Positions 40,256 to 49,225 of a stretch of DNA of 64,000 nt are shown piece by piece. This DNA is from Candidatus Borkfalkia avicola (GTDB lineage: Bacteria > Bacillota > Clostridia > Christensenellales > Borkfalkiaceae). The DNA lies in assembly GCA_019116115.1 (NCBI GenBank), contig DXCF01000005.1:15495-79494 (forward strand), in the 5' to 3' direction. The translations under genes were made by a program, and so were the position numbers. A model generated the notes under the pieces. That model had not been told where the DNA came from, searched no databases, and saw nothing but the letters and a program-made list of their open reading frames with translations. How positions within the stretch are numbered: the stretch's first letter is position 1; the number at the start of each line of letters is the position of its first letter.

Positions 40256-41953
40256 TCAGCCGAGCGTGACGGTGCTTTCGCTCGCTTCCGTCGCTTCCTT
40301 TTCCATGCACATGCCGGGATAGGTTATGCCGGACACGTCGTTGCCCGAAGAGACGATATGGCTCTGGATGCCGAAAGAGGTGTCGTCGTTCGCGAGATAG
40401 GGCGCGATGAACGTGTTGCCTCGGATCGTGTACTGCACTTCCGTATTCTTCGCCGCCTCGTGGAACCAGAGGGCGTTGCCCGCATTCACGTCGATGACGT
40501 TGTTTTCGACGAGCGCCGTCGCGCAGTCGGTAAGCTGCAGGGCGCCGCGGTCGGGCTCGTTGTTTGTGCTCCTGATCACGTTGCCGGTGACGGTGACGAC
40601 GGCCGTCCTCTGCTGGATGTTGATGCCGCGGGTGTAACCCGTGACCGTGTTGTCCGTAAAGACGATATTGAGCGGGTCGGTCTCGCTGCCCTGCACGAAG
40701 AACGCGTAGCCGACATTGCCGTCGTCGGTGAAGTTGCAGTTGCTGACCGCGATGCTGCCCTCGCCGTTGAAATAATGATAGATGCGTCCCTGAATGTCGC
40801 AGCCGTCGAACGCGACGTTCAGCGGAGCACCGTAGGCGCGCGAGCAGCGGATATCTTCATCCGCGCGGAGAGAGACCAACTTCAGCCCGCTGAAAGTGAC
40901 GGTGAGCGCGTCTTCCGCGTCGTTCCACCACGCATACGGGAGAGCTACGTCGCCCAATTCGAGCCGCGCGCCCGAATTGCCGCCGACGACGTTGATCTCC
41001 GTGACGGAGCGCCTGCTGCTGTAACGGTTGCTCGCCCTGCCGAAGGTGAGATAGCGCACGCCTTCGTTCAGCGTCTGTTCGCCGTAGATCGTCCAGGTAA
41101 GGATGCCGCCGTCGGTATACAGCGCGTCGAACTCTTCATCGTCAGAGATCGGCCCCTGCCCGAGGGTATCCCCGTCGTCCACCCCCGCGGCAAGCAGGAT
41201 CTGCCTGCCCGCCTCGTACGCTTCTTCGACGGTGGCGAAGGTCTGCCCTTCCATGCCCGCGAGCCCGCTGACGGCGACGCCCGTTTTCAGCTCGTTTTCG
41301 GCGCCCTCGACGTTCTGCGTCGCTTTCAGCACGACGGCAAAGCCGCCCTCGCCGACAAAGGCGCCCTGATACTCGTTGCCCGCGCTCTCCTGCATGTGCA
41401 GGACGACGCAAGCCGCGACTTCTCCGACCGCCGCGCCCGCGGCCTCTTCCGCGCCTGCGGGGAGAAGCACGCCGTGCGCGATGCCGTCGTTTTCCGCCAT
41501 CAGCTCCGCGAGGGTGCCGACCTTCGTTAAAGACTGCTGCGCGGCGGCAAAATCCGCGGGGGCGGAAAAGCCCTCGCCGATGACGCCGAAGTATACGTCG
41601 ATGACCTCGGCGAGCGTGCCCGCGCCGCCTTCGGGAACGACGTCAAGGCGATAGCGGAAGGCGATATCGCCCTCGTTGGTCGCCTTTATGTACCTGATCT
41701 CGGTTTTGCCCGGTGCCCAGGCATCCGAATCGAAGATCGCGCCTTCGGACGCGTCCTACCAGGCGGTATCCTCTCCGTTCCAGCCTTCCGCATAGAACAG
41801 GCCGGCTTCGAGGCTGCCCGCGGCGATGATGTTGCCCGCGCTCGTCACCGTGTCGGTAAACCAGGCGAACGTGGTGCCGGCGAGCATCCCGACGCACAGA
41901 ACGACGGAGAGCGCCGCGGCGATGACCGCGCTTCTGAAACCCTTTGCCCTCAT
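40256..41953 (-). pseudogene. SipW-type (TasA/CalY-like signal) secreted protein with C-terminal beta-helix, interrupted by an in-frame TAG at 41756-41758
   Basis: Track ORFs 41756..41953 and 40256..41500 share a frame, and the sequence between them is open. GTTFAWFTD...GNIIAAGSL and WAPGKT..Y....N.G.IA.RY motifs; promoter TTGACA-18-TATAAT at 42022-42051. Confidence 0.7.
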
Positions 41954-42130
41954 TCTTTCTCCTTTTTCCCTCTCCGTGCCGCGAAGGGAGCGGACAGGAA
42001 AATTCCGTTTTCTATACCTGTATTATAACACCGCACCCCCTGCGATGTCAAGTATGTCCGGAATAATTATGTGTAAATTTCCGATATTTGCATATGTGCA
42101 GGCATACGACGGGGATGCGCGGACGGCGGG

Positions 42131-42523
42131 CTATCCTTCAAACTCTCTTTCGCGGCGGTAGCGCTCCAATGCCTTTAAGTACCGTTCGGAGAGCGAGAGC
42201 GTGTAGCGCTGCTTCTCTTCGTAGGAGAGCTTGTCGTAGACGGCGCGGTCGGTGAGGCGGCCGATGGCGTCGGACACCTCCCCTTCCGTCTGCAAAAGGG
42301 CGCGCACCTTGCGGTAAAAGGCGTCGTCTTCCCCGCCGCGGATGGCGCCCGACACCTTGCCCGCGAAATAGCGCCCGGCGCGGCTTTCGGAAATGCCGTT
42401 TTCGCGCGCACGCGCGACCTCGCTGCCGAGTTCGCTCCTGCAGTTTTCCCAGAACCCGCTCTTCAAGCGCGCCTTTGCCTCGCGCGCGATGCCCCTGAAA
42501 CTACGTTCTCTGTTTACAGCCAT
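42131..42523 (-). CDS. Hypothetical protein
   Basis: Start reassigned to MAVNRERSF after AGGAGAGGG; 130 aa, helical and charged; no family recognised. Confidence 0.7.
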   Translation of the reverse strand: MAVNRERSFRGIAREAKARLKSGFWENCRSELGSEVARARENGISESRAGRYFAGKVSGAIRGGEDDAFYRKVRALLQTEGEVSDAIGRLTDRAVYDKLSYEEKQRYTLSLSERYLKALERYRREREFEG

Positions 42524-42594
42524 CTTTCCCTCTCCTTCGGCATTTTTCGCAAACAAAAAAGCCCGTTATCTTTCAATAACAGGCTTTTGTGTTT

Positions 42595-42774
42595 TCAGTT
42601 TTTGTTGCTTCTCTTACGAGCGGCTTCCTGCTTCTTCTTCTTTCTCACGGAAGGCTTCTCGTAATGTTCTTTACGGCGAAGATCTCCGATGATGCCGTCG
42701 CGGGAGCACTTTCTCTTGAAACGGCGCAGCGCGCTGTCAATCGACTCGTTTTCTCCGACTTTGATCGTAGACAT
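42595..42774 (-). CDS. rpsU: 30S ribosomal protein S21
   Basis: [23 protein letters not shown]...[20 protein letters not shown]; promoter TTGACT-17-TAAAAT upstream. Confidence 0.96.
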   Translation of the reverse strand: MSTIKVGENESIDSALRRFKRKCSRDGIIGDLRRKEHYEKPSVRKKKKQEAARKRSNKN

Positions 42775-42934
42775 TCCTCTCAACCCTCCTTCGCCTGACG
42801 CACTTAATCAACGCTGTCTATTTTATACGAAAGAGAGGAGAAAGTCAAGCTATTTTCCGCCCGCTGCGGAAAAATTTTCCGCACTGCGGACGCTCCTGCC
42901 GGGCGGTTTTGCCGACCTGCCCTATCAGAAGCGG

Positions 42935-44008
42935 TTACTTGACCACTTTGAACGGCCCTACGCTCTCCGTCCCCAAAGCGACGGTCAAAAAGCTGTTTTC
43001 AAAGGTGCTTTCCGGCGTGACCCACTGGCTGTCGAAATTCAAAAGCGCATACCTGTTTTCATCTTTCAGATAGGATACGGTGACAGAATATTTGTGGCCG
43101 ATGGCAAAATTATTCATCACAAAAGTGATTTCGGAAAGGTCGGCCTCGTCGGCGACGACGACCGTCTTTTCCAGACTCATATCGCTGCCGTAGATCTTGT
43201 TGTAGTTATCTGAAATGCCAATGATGATCTCGTCGGAAACATCAGCCACCTTGGAGAGGTCGAAGGTGAACTCCACGCTCATGGCGGGGATCTCCAGATC
43301 TTCCGCTTCGACGACGGTCAGCTTTTTGACGATCGTTTCGTTCTTGCTGCTTATGCTCGAATCCTGAACGGTAAGGGAAACATAGGCAGTACCGGGCTTT
43401 ATATCATTGACCGCGATATAGACGATGGCGCTCTCTATGAAGGAACCGTCTGTATCGACGTAGCAGCGCAGGGCAGAATCGGGGATGACGCTCTGGTCGG
43501 AAGAAGTGACCTGCACATATTCGTCCTGATCCCCCGTGCCGATATTGACATCTTCGCTGAACGAAACGTAAAGTTTGTCTTCATAGTCCCACTCGTTTTC
43601 GTACACGGCGATGGTGTCGGGAATGAACCCGGAGAAGAACATGAAGTCGCCCGTCAGCTTTTCGGCATACGTTCCCGTCTGCGCGGCGAGGGTGACGTTT
43701 GCCGCGGGCATGGTGAAGGAATAGCCGTCCTCTTCTTCTTCGCAGGCGGTGCCGTTGAAAGTGACGCCCGTTATGTACTTGTCGGCATTTTTGCTCTCCG
43801 CCGTTACGGTGATCACCTCGCCGGCTTCGGCAGACGTCTTGCTCGGGGTCAGAGTGTAATCTTCCGACGGCTCCGCGGCGATCGTATACGTTACGGGGAC
43901 GCCGGGCTGATCACCCGGTTCCTCTCCGCCGCCGCAGGCGGCGAAGAGCACTGTGCACAGTGCTGCCGCGCAGAACACGGACACTGCGGAAAACAAACGT
44001 TTTTTCAT
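42935..44008 (-). CDS. Lipoprotein with InlB-B-repeat-like / Ig-like beta domains
   Basis: LFAAC lipobox; AEAGEVITVTA...YSFTMPAANVTL repeat-type motif; promoter TTGACA-17-TACAAT at 44047-44075; AT-richer than core genes. Confidence 0.75.
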   Translation of the reverse strand: MKKRLFSAVSVFCAAALCTVLFAACGGGEEPGDQPGVPVTYTIAAEPSEDYTLTPSKTSAEAGEVITVTAESKNADKYITGVTFNGTACEEEEDGYSFTMPAANVTLAAQTGTYAEKLTGDFMFFSGFIPDTIAVYENEWDYEDKLYVSFSEDVNIGTGDQDEYVQVTSSDQSVIPDSALRCYVDTDGSFIESAIVYIAVNDIKPGTAYVSLTVQDSSISSKNETIVKKLTVVEAEDLEIPAMSVEFTFDLSKVADVSDEIIIGISDNYNKIYGSDMSLEKTVVVADEADLSEITFVMNNFAIGHKYSVTVSYLKDENRYALLNFDSQWVTPESTFENSFLTVALGTESVGPFKVVK

Positions 44009-44223
44009 ATTCCCGAAAAAACCTCCTTATGGATATTTCTGCGCTTATTGTAGCACGTTTTTGCCGCACTGTCAAGCGGCCGGTTCCGGCACGCTTCCGA
44101 AAAGATGCCCCCCGCCGCGGAGCGGAAACCCCTTTATTTCACATTGAAATATGTATAAATTACTTGCTTTTTATCCCCCTTGCAGGTATAATAATATAGA
44201 AAGTAAAAAAAGGAGTGAGAAAA

Positions 44224-45096
44224 ATGAAAACCTGCAAAAACTGCGGCAGGCAGTTCGAAGGGAACTTCTGCCCTGCCTGCGGTACAAAAGCGGATGCGAG
44301 CTGCCCGAACTGCGGCGCGGCGCTCTCGCAGGGCGCCGTCTTCTGCCAGAACTGCGGCGCGCGCGTAAACGCGGCCGCACCCGTGCCGAACGCACCTGCC
44401 GTAAACCGCGCGCCCGTGCCTGCCCCCGCGCCGAACGCTTACCCCGCGCCCGCGCCCGTGCCCGGCGGGCCCTCCGCCTCCGTGTATACGGGCGGAGCCT
44501 TCGGGCTGTTCTTCGCGAGGCTGTGGGCGGTGCTGATCTCCGTGCTGTCGCTGACGCTGCTCATGCCCGCGATGATCTGCTTCTTTCAGCGGTTCAAGGC
44601 AAAGCGCACCTTTATCGACGGGCGCAGGGTGGTCTTTGACGGCAAAGGGATACAGCTGTTCGGCAAATACCTGCTGTGGCTGCTGCTGTGCATCGTGACG
44701 CTGCTCATTTACAGCCTGTGGATCAACGTGCGCCTGCGCAAGTGGATAACGCAGCACACCCATCTCGAAGGCGCGCCCGCGGACGCCGTTTCCGATTACG
44801 ACGGCGGCGCGATCGCCTGCTTCTTCGTAAACCTCTGGGCGGTCATCGTGGCGATCATCACGCTGGGCTTCGGCTCGGGCTGGGCGGTCTGCTTCGTCAG
44901 CCGCTGGCACGCAAAGCATACCGTCATCGACGGAATGCAGCAGGTGTTCGACGGAAAGGGCGGAGCGCTGCTCGGCAAGTTCATCTGCTGGTTCCTGCTG
45001 ACGCTGATCACGCTGGGCATCTTCTCCTTCTGGTATGCGGTGAAGGTGCTCAAATGGACGACCTCGCATACGCATCTCGTGCCCAAGACGGCATGA
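44224..45096 (+). CDS. Double zinc-ribbon membrane protein with an internally duplicated DUF898-like domain
   Basis: CKNC-CPAC-CPNC-CQNC, Pro/Ala linker, two homologous GG...IDG...FDGKG..L.GK...W.LL.IITL...W...HTHL units; promoter TTGCTT-17-TATAAT at 44164-44192. Confidence 0.75.
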   Translation: MKTCKNCGRQFEGNFCPACGTKADASCPNCGAALSQGAVFCQNCGARVNAAAPVPNAPAVNRAPVPAPAPNAYPAPAPVPGGPSASVYTGGAFGLFFARLWAVLISVLSLTLLMPAMICFFQRFKAKRTFIDGRRVVFDGKGIQLFGKYLLWLLLCIVTLLIYSLWINVRLRKWITQHTHLEGAPADAVSDYDGGAIACFFVNLWAVIVAIITLGFGSGWAVCFVSRWHAKHTVIDGMQQVFDGKGGALLGKFICWFLLTLITLGIFSFWYAVKVLKWTTSHTHLVPKTA

Positions 45097-45154
45097 CCCG
45101 GACAAATACGGCCCGCCCCTCACGGAGGCGGGCCTGCTTTTTGCCGTGCCGGCT

Positions 45155-45823
45155 TCAATAGTCGCGCCGGCCGTGCCGCCGCTGCCCGCGGGTGCGGACG
45201 GAGGCGAGGCGGTATTCGCGGCGGAGGGAGAGGTCGCAGACGCTCTCCTCCTTTGCGGAGCGGTAACAGATCTCGCCCTCGGGGGAGGCGACCTGCGCGA
45301 ACCCCGCGCCGCACATACAGGCGGGTACGCCCGCGCAGAAGGCGCAGGCGCGCAGCATGAGCTGGGGCGCGAAGTCTTCCGCGGCGCCGAACACGCCGAT
45401 GACGGCGTCGGCATCGAACAGGGCGAGAGATTCGCAGACGGAGGGATAAAAGATGTCTTCCCCCACGCAGAGCCCGAGCTTCCCCGCTCCCGTTTCGTAT
45501 ACTTTGAGGTGGGCGCCCGCCTTGAAATCCCCCTCCGCGTGCAGCATATCCGCCACGCCGAGGATGCGGCCCTTTTCGGCGACGGCGGCGCTCTTGCGGC
45601 GCATCCCGCACGAATCGGTGATGCAGCCGGACACGGCGACGCAGCCCATCTCCCTGCTCAAAAGGGCGAGGTCTTCCAGCCGGGAAGTTTCGCCCGCAAG
45701 TTCGGCGCGGTAGTCCACTTCTCCCAGTCCGCCGAAACCGAACACGAGCACGTCGCATTCTTCGTGCTTTTCCTTCTCCCAATAGGCGTTCACGCTGCCT
45801 GCGGTAACGAAACAGATCTTCAT
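45155..45823 (-). CDS. Carbon-nitrogen hydrolase (nitrilase) fold protein with a degenerate catalytic triad
   Basis: Overall pattern MKI.F...DVLVF...G.I.G....GKLGLCVGEDIFYP...; the E/K/C positions appear substituted. Confidence 0.6.
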   Translation of the reverse strand: MKICFVTAGSVNAYWEKEKHEECDVLVFGFGGLGEVDYRAELAGETSRLEDLALLSREMGCVAVSGCITDSCGMRRKSAAVAEKGRILGVADMLHAEGDFKAGAHLKVYETGAGKLGLCVGEDIFYPSVCESLALFDADAVIGVFGAAEDFAPQLMLRACAFCAGVPACMCGAGFAQVASPEGEICYRSAKEESVCDLSLRREYRLASVRTRGQRRHGRRDY

Positions 45824-46036
45824 GCGCCACCTCCCGCTCTTTCATTATACGAAAAAGCCGCCCCGTATGTGCGCGCCGCCCCGTTCACCGCATAAAATCA
45901 TGCGCTTTGCACAAAAAAACGCAGCCTGAACGTCAAACCGCGAAAAAATCGCTTTTTTCCGCGCAAACACTTTGCTTTTATCCCCGAACATGATATAATC
46001 GTTACCGAACGATGCTTCGTTTCCTTCGGAGAATGT

Positions 46037-47395
46037 ATGCAACGAAAAATACGCCTCACTCCGGTGCGGCTGCTGGTACTCGGCTATCTCGCCGTCATCA
46101 TCATCGGGACGCTGCTGCTGATCATCCCGTTCGCTTCTAAAATAACGGGCAGCGCCTCCTTTATGGACGCGCTGTTCACGACCGTTTCCGCTTCCTGCGT
46201 GACGGGGCTGATCGTGCGCGATACCTATACGCATTGGTCGACCTTCGGACAGGTCGTCATCCTGCTGCTCATTCAGATCGGCGGCATCGGGTTCATGACG
46301 GTGGTCTACCTGCTCCTGCGGCTGGGCGGCAGAAAGATCGGGCTGAAAGAGCGCACGTTCATGCAGGAGGCGGTCAGCGCCCCCACTTTGAGCGGCATGG
46401 GAAAGCTGACGACGACCATCCTCGTCGGCACCCTCGCCTGCGAGGGCATCGGCGCCTTTATCCTCTGCTTCCGCTTCGTGCCCGACTTCGGCTGGGGGGA
46501 AGGCATCTGGATCTCCGTCTTTACCGCCGTTTCCGCCTTCTGCAACGCGGGCTTCGACCTCTGCGGCGGGAAATACGGGGAGTTCTCTTCCCTGACCGCC
46601 TATTCGGGCGACCCCATCGTCTGCATCACCATCCCCCTGCTCATCATCGTCGGCGGGCTGGGTTTTTTCGTCTGGCAGGACATCAAGAACAATAAGTTCC
46701 ATGTACGCAAATACGAGCTGCACACAAAGCTCGTGCTCATCATGACGGCGGTGCTCGTCGTCGTGCCCACCGCGATCATCGCCATCGCGGAGAACACGCT
46801 CCCCTGGGGCGAGCGCATCCTCTCCTCCCTCTTTACGGCGGTGACGCCGCGCACGGCGGGATTCAACGTGCTGCCCCTTTCGGGCGCGGGGAGCGTGCGG
46901 TCGGTGACCATCTTCCTGACCATCGTGCTCATGTTCATCGGCGGCTCGTCCGGCTCGACCGCGGGCGGCATCAAGACGAACACCCTCGCCGTGCTCTTCC
47001 TCTCCGTGTTTTCGCTGATACGCGGCAAACGCTCGGTAGAGTGCTTCGGCAGGCGGCTCGACGACACCAACGTGAAAAACGCCGCGCAGTTCGTTACGGC
47101 GTTCCTTTCCCTCATCGTGCTCGGCACCGTGCTGCTGTGCCTGTTCGAGGAGAACAACGCCGCCTTTGCGGAGGCGCCGCTCACCCCCACGCAGGCGGTG
47201 TTCGAGGTCGTTTCCGCGATAGCGACGGTCGGCCTGACGACGGGCATCACGCCGCAGCTGACGATTGGGTCGCAGATCGTACTGTGCGTGCTCATGTTTT
47301 TAGGACGCGCGGGCTGCATGACGGTCATGCTCGCCTGGAAGGCGCCCAACGCCCCGACGGCGGAACTGCCGCTGGAGAGGGTGAGGATAGGGTAA
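46037..47395 (+). CDS. ktrB: KtrB/TrkH K+ uptake membrane subunit
   Basis: SASCVTGL, IQIGGIGFM, FCNAGFD, TPRTAGFN, GSTAGGIK, ATVGLTTG pore motifs. Confidence 0.93.
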   Translation: MQRKIRLTPVRLLVLGYLAVIIIGTLLLIIPFASKITGSASFMDALFTTVSASCVTGLIVRDTYTHWSTFGQVVILLLIQIGGIGFMTVVYLLLRLGGRKIGLKERTFMQEAVSAPTLSGMGKLTTTILVGTLACEGIGAFILCFRFVPDFGWGEGIWISVFTAVSAFCNAGFDLCGGKYGEFSSLTAYSGDPIVCITIPLLIIVGGLGFFVWQDIKNNKFHVRKYELHTKLVLIMTAVLVVVPTAIIAIAENTLPWGERILSSLFTAVTPRTAGFNVLPLSGAGSVRSVTIFLTIVLMFIGGSSGSTAGGIKTNTLAVLFLSVFSLIRGKRSVECFGRRLDDTNVKNAAQFVTAFLSLIVLGTVLLCLFEENNAAFAEAPLTPTQAVFEVVSAIATVGLTTGITPQLTIGSQIVLCVLMFLGRAGCMTVMLAWKAPNAPTAELPLERVRIG

Positions 47396-47401
47396 AAAGG
47401 G

Positions 47402-47847
47402 GCTCGTTGCATTTGTTTCGAGCTGGCGAAACAAATGCATCCGATTTGAAGGGGCAACCGCCCGTTCGCTGCGCTTCGGCGGGCAGTTTCCCCCTCGCGC
47501 GGCATAAGTGGGCACACATATTATTTGAATGCCGCGCTTCACCCCCTTCGGGGGAGCCGTAAGTTTACGGCAAATTGGGTGCGCTTTGCCAAAAGTGTCA
47601 TTTTGGCACGCGCAGTAATTTTTATAAATACTCGCGCAAGCAGAACCACGCTTCTGCGATAGCGCACCCCTGTTTGCGCGGAAGCGCTCTTGCAGGAAAG
47701 GTGAATGCGGCGCGCGTAGTTTAAGGTGTGCCCTAAAAAGGCGCGCCGCAGAGGAAAACCTCCGCTGTCCCGACCGACGGGAGGGCGGTGGGGTTGTCCT
47801 CAATTCGGAAGAATTTGTTTTGTCAGCTCAAAACAAATTCTCCGAGC
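47402..47847. repeat. Structured intergenic repeat, inverted doublet (copy C): units 47402-47614 and 47633-47847
   Basis: Collinear with 35245-35689, with compensatory stem changes; starts 7 nt after the ktrB stop and ends 20 nt before the ktrA start. Confidence 0.9.
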
Positions 47848-47866
47848 AAAGTTTATCGGAGGTAAT

Positions 47867-48511
47867 ATGAAATCAGTTCTCATCATCGGGCTGGGCAGGT
47901 TCGGTACCTATATGGCGAAAAAATTTGCCGAGCTCGGGAATCATGTGATGGCGGTGGATACCGACGAGGAGAAGGTCAACGAGATCCTGCCTTACGTTAC
48001 CAGCGCGCAGATCGGCGACGCCTCGAAGCCTTCCGTGCTCGCGGGGCTGGGCATCGACAACTATGACATCTGCGTCGTTTCGATGGGCGAAAACTTTCAG
48101 GGGTCGCTGGAAACGACTTCCCTGCTCAAAGAGGCGGGCGCGAAGTTCGTGCTCTCGCGCGCCTCGACGGAGATACAGGCAAAATTTTTGCTGCGCAACG
48201 GCGCCGACGACGTCGTGTTCGCGGAAAAAGAGATGGCGGAACGCCTCGCCGTGAAGTACAGCGCGAACAATATCTTCGATTATATCCAGCTCACGCCCGA
48301 ATATGCCATTTACGAGATCCCCACGCCGAAAACGTGGGAGGGAAAGACCATCCGCGACAAGGGCGTGCGCGTGAAATACAACCTGAATATCCTCGCCATC
48401 AAGCGCGGGGCGACGCTCATCCCCCTGCCCTCCCCCGATTACGCCTTCAACGCGGCGGAGCGGCTGATCGTGATGTGCCGCAAGGCGGACATCGACCGCA
48501 TCATGCATTGA
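47867..48511 (+). CDS. ktrA: KtrA/TrkA K+ uptake regulatory (RCK) subunit
   Basis: Start reassigned to MKSVLIIGLGRFG after GGAGG; TrkA-N Rossmann fold and TrkA-C domain. Confidence 0.93.
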   Translation: MKSVLIIGLGRFGTYMAKKFAELGNHVMAVDTDEEKVNEILPYVTSAQIGDASKPSVLAGLGIDNYDICVVSMGENFQGSLETTSLLKEAGAKFVLSRASTEIQAKFLLRNGADDVVFAEKEMAERLAVKYSANNIFDYIQLTPEYAIYEIPTPKTWEGKTIRDKGVRVKYNLNILAIKRGATLIPLPSPDYAFNAAERLIVMCRKADIDRIMH

Positions 48512-48603
48512 AAACAGAAAAACGTATGCAAAAAGCGGAGCGCGAACGCTCCGCTTTTTTTTGGGAAAAATATCCCCGCCCGTTTACGGGCGGGGAGCTT
48601 TTG

Positions 48604-49044
48604 TCATAGGAACAGCATCGCGGGGGCTGCGGCATAGTAGCCCGCAGAACCGGCAACGGCAACGACGATGACTACATAAATCACGATCCATACGACGTTC
48701 AAGATGACGCCGACAAGAGCGCCTATGCCCGCGCCTTTGGAGCGGGCAGGATGATCATCCTTCCACACGAGGAAGAGGATCAGCCCGACGACGGGGAAAA
48801 AGAAGCCGAGCACGCCCCAGCCGGCGCCGCTCTCCTGCGGCTTGGGCGGCGCATAATAGGTTTGGTTGTACGGGTTATTGTTATATGGTGCCTGGTACGG
48901 CTGCTGCGGCTGCTGCGCCTGCTGCTGCGCCTGCTGGTTCTGTGCCTGCTGCTGCGCCTGCGCGTCATCCGCCTGGCTCGCACCGCAGAAGGGGCAGAAG
49001 GAGCTGCCGTCTTCGATCTCTTTCCCGCATTGTTTGCAGAACAT
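48604..49044 (-). CDS. Zinc-ribbon membrane protein with a Gln-rich linker
   Basis: MFCKQCGKEIEDGSSFCPFCG; AQQQ repeats; GWGVLGFFFPVVGLILFLVWKDDHP...K.AG.GA; promoter TTGACA-17-TATTCT at 49089-49117. Confidence 0.8.
   Translation of the reverse strand: MFCKQCGKEIEDGSSFCPFCGASQADDAQAQQQAQNQQAQQQAQQPQQPYQAPYNNNPYNQTYYAPPKPQESGAGWGVLGFFFPVVGLILFLVWKDDHPARSKGAGIGALVGVILNVVWIVIYVVIVVAVAGSAGYYAAAPAMLFL
48901..48963 (-). repeat. Low-complexity CAG/GCG tandem repeat encoding AQQQ/AQNQQ
   Basis: ctgctgcgcctgctgctgcgcctg... on the + strand. Confidence 0.75.
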
Positions 49045-49225
49045 ATTCTCTCCTCCTTAATAAAATCTTTACAGATTTTTATGAATTAAGAATACCATAG
49101 AATATGCAAAATGTCAAGATTATTTGACAAAAAAAGAAAATTTTTGCGCCCGCGCGCGGCGGAAAAGGCGCCGCGGAAAAAAATGCGGGCTTCCCCCTCG
49201 GGGGAAGCCCGTATGCGGACAAATA

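Noticed and set aside
41756-41758. Genome-wide TAG recoding (alternative genetic code)
   Set aside because: TAG ends recG (21255), hisF (15458) and the aldolase-like gene (13456) at their expected C-termini.
45960-46036. c-di-AMP (ydaO) riboswitch upstream of ktrB
   Set aside because: The promoter (TTGCTT-16-TATAAT, 45972-45999) lies under 40 nt from the start codon, leaving no room for the aptamer, and no ydaO motifs were seen.
47300-47803. ORFs overlapping the repeat elements (47300..47803, 35384..35578, 35430..35645, 35477..35878, 14707..14991, 14730..14933) and the N-terminal extension of ktrA from 47726
   Set aside because: They arise from the non-coding repeat. Frames are not preserved between copies, changes are structure-compensating rather than synonymous, and ktrA has a proper RBS and start at 47867.
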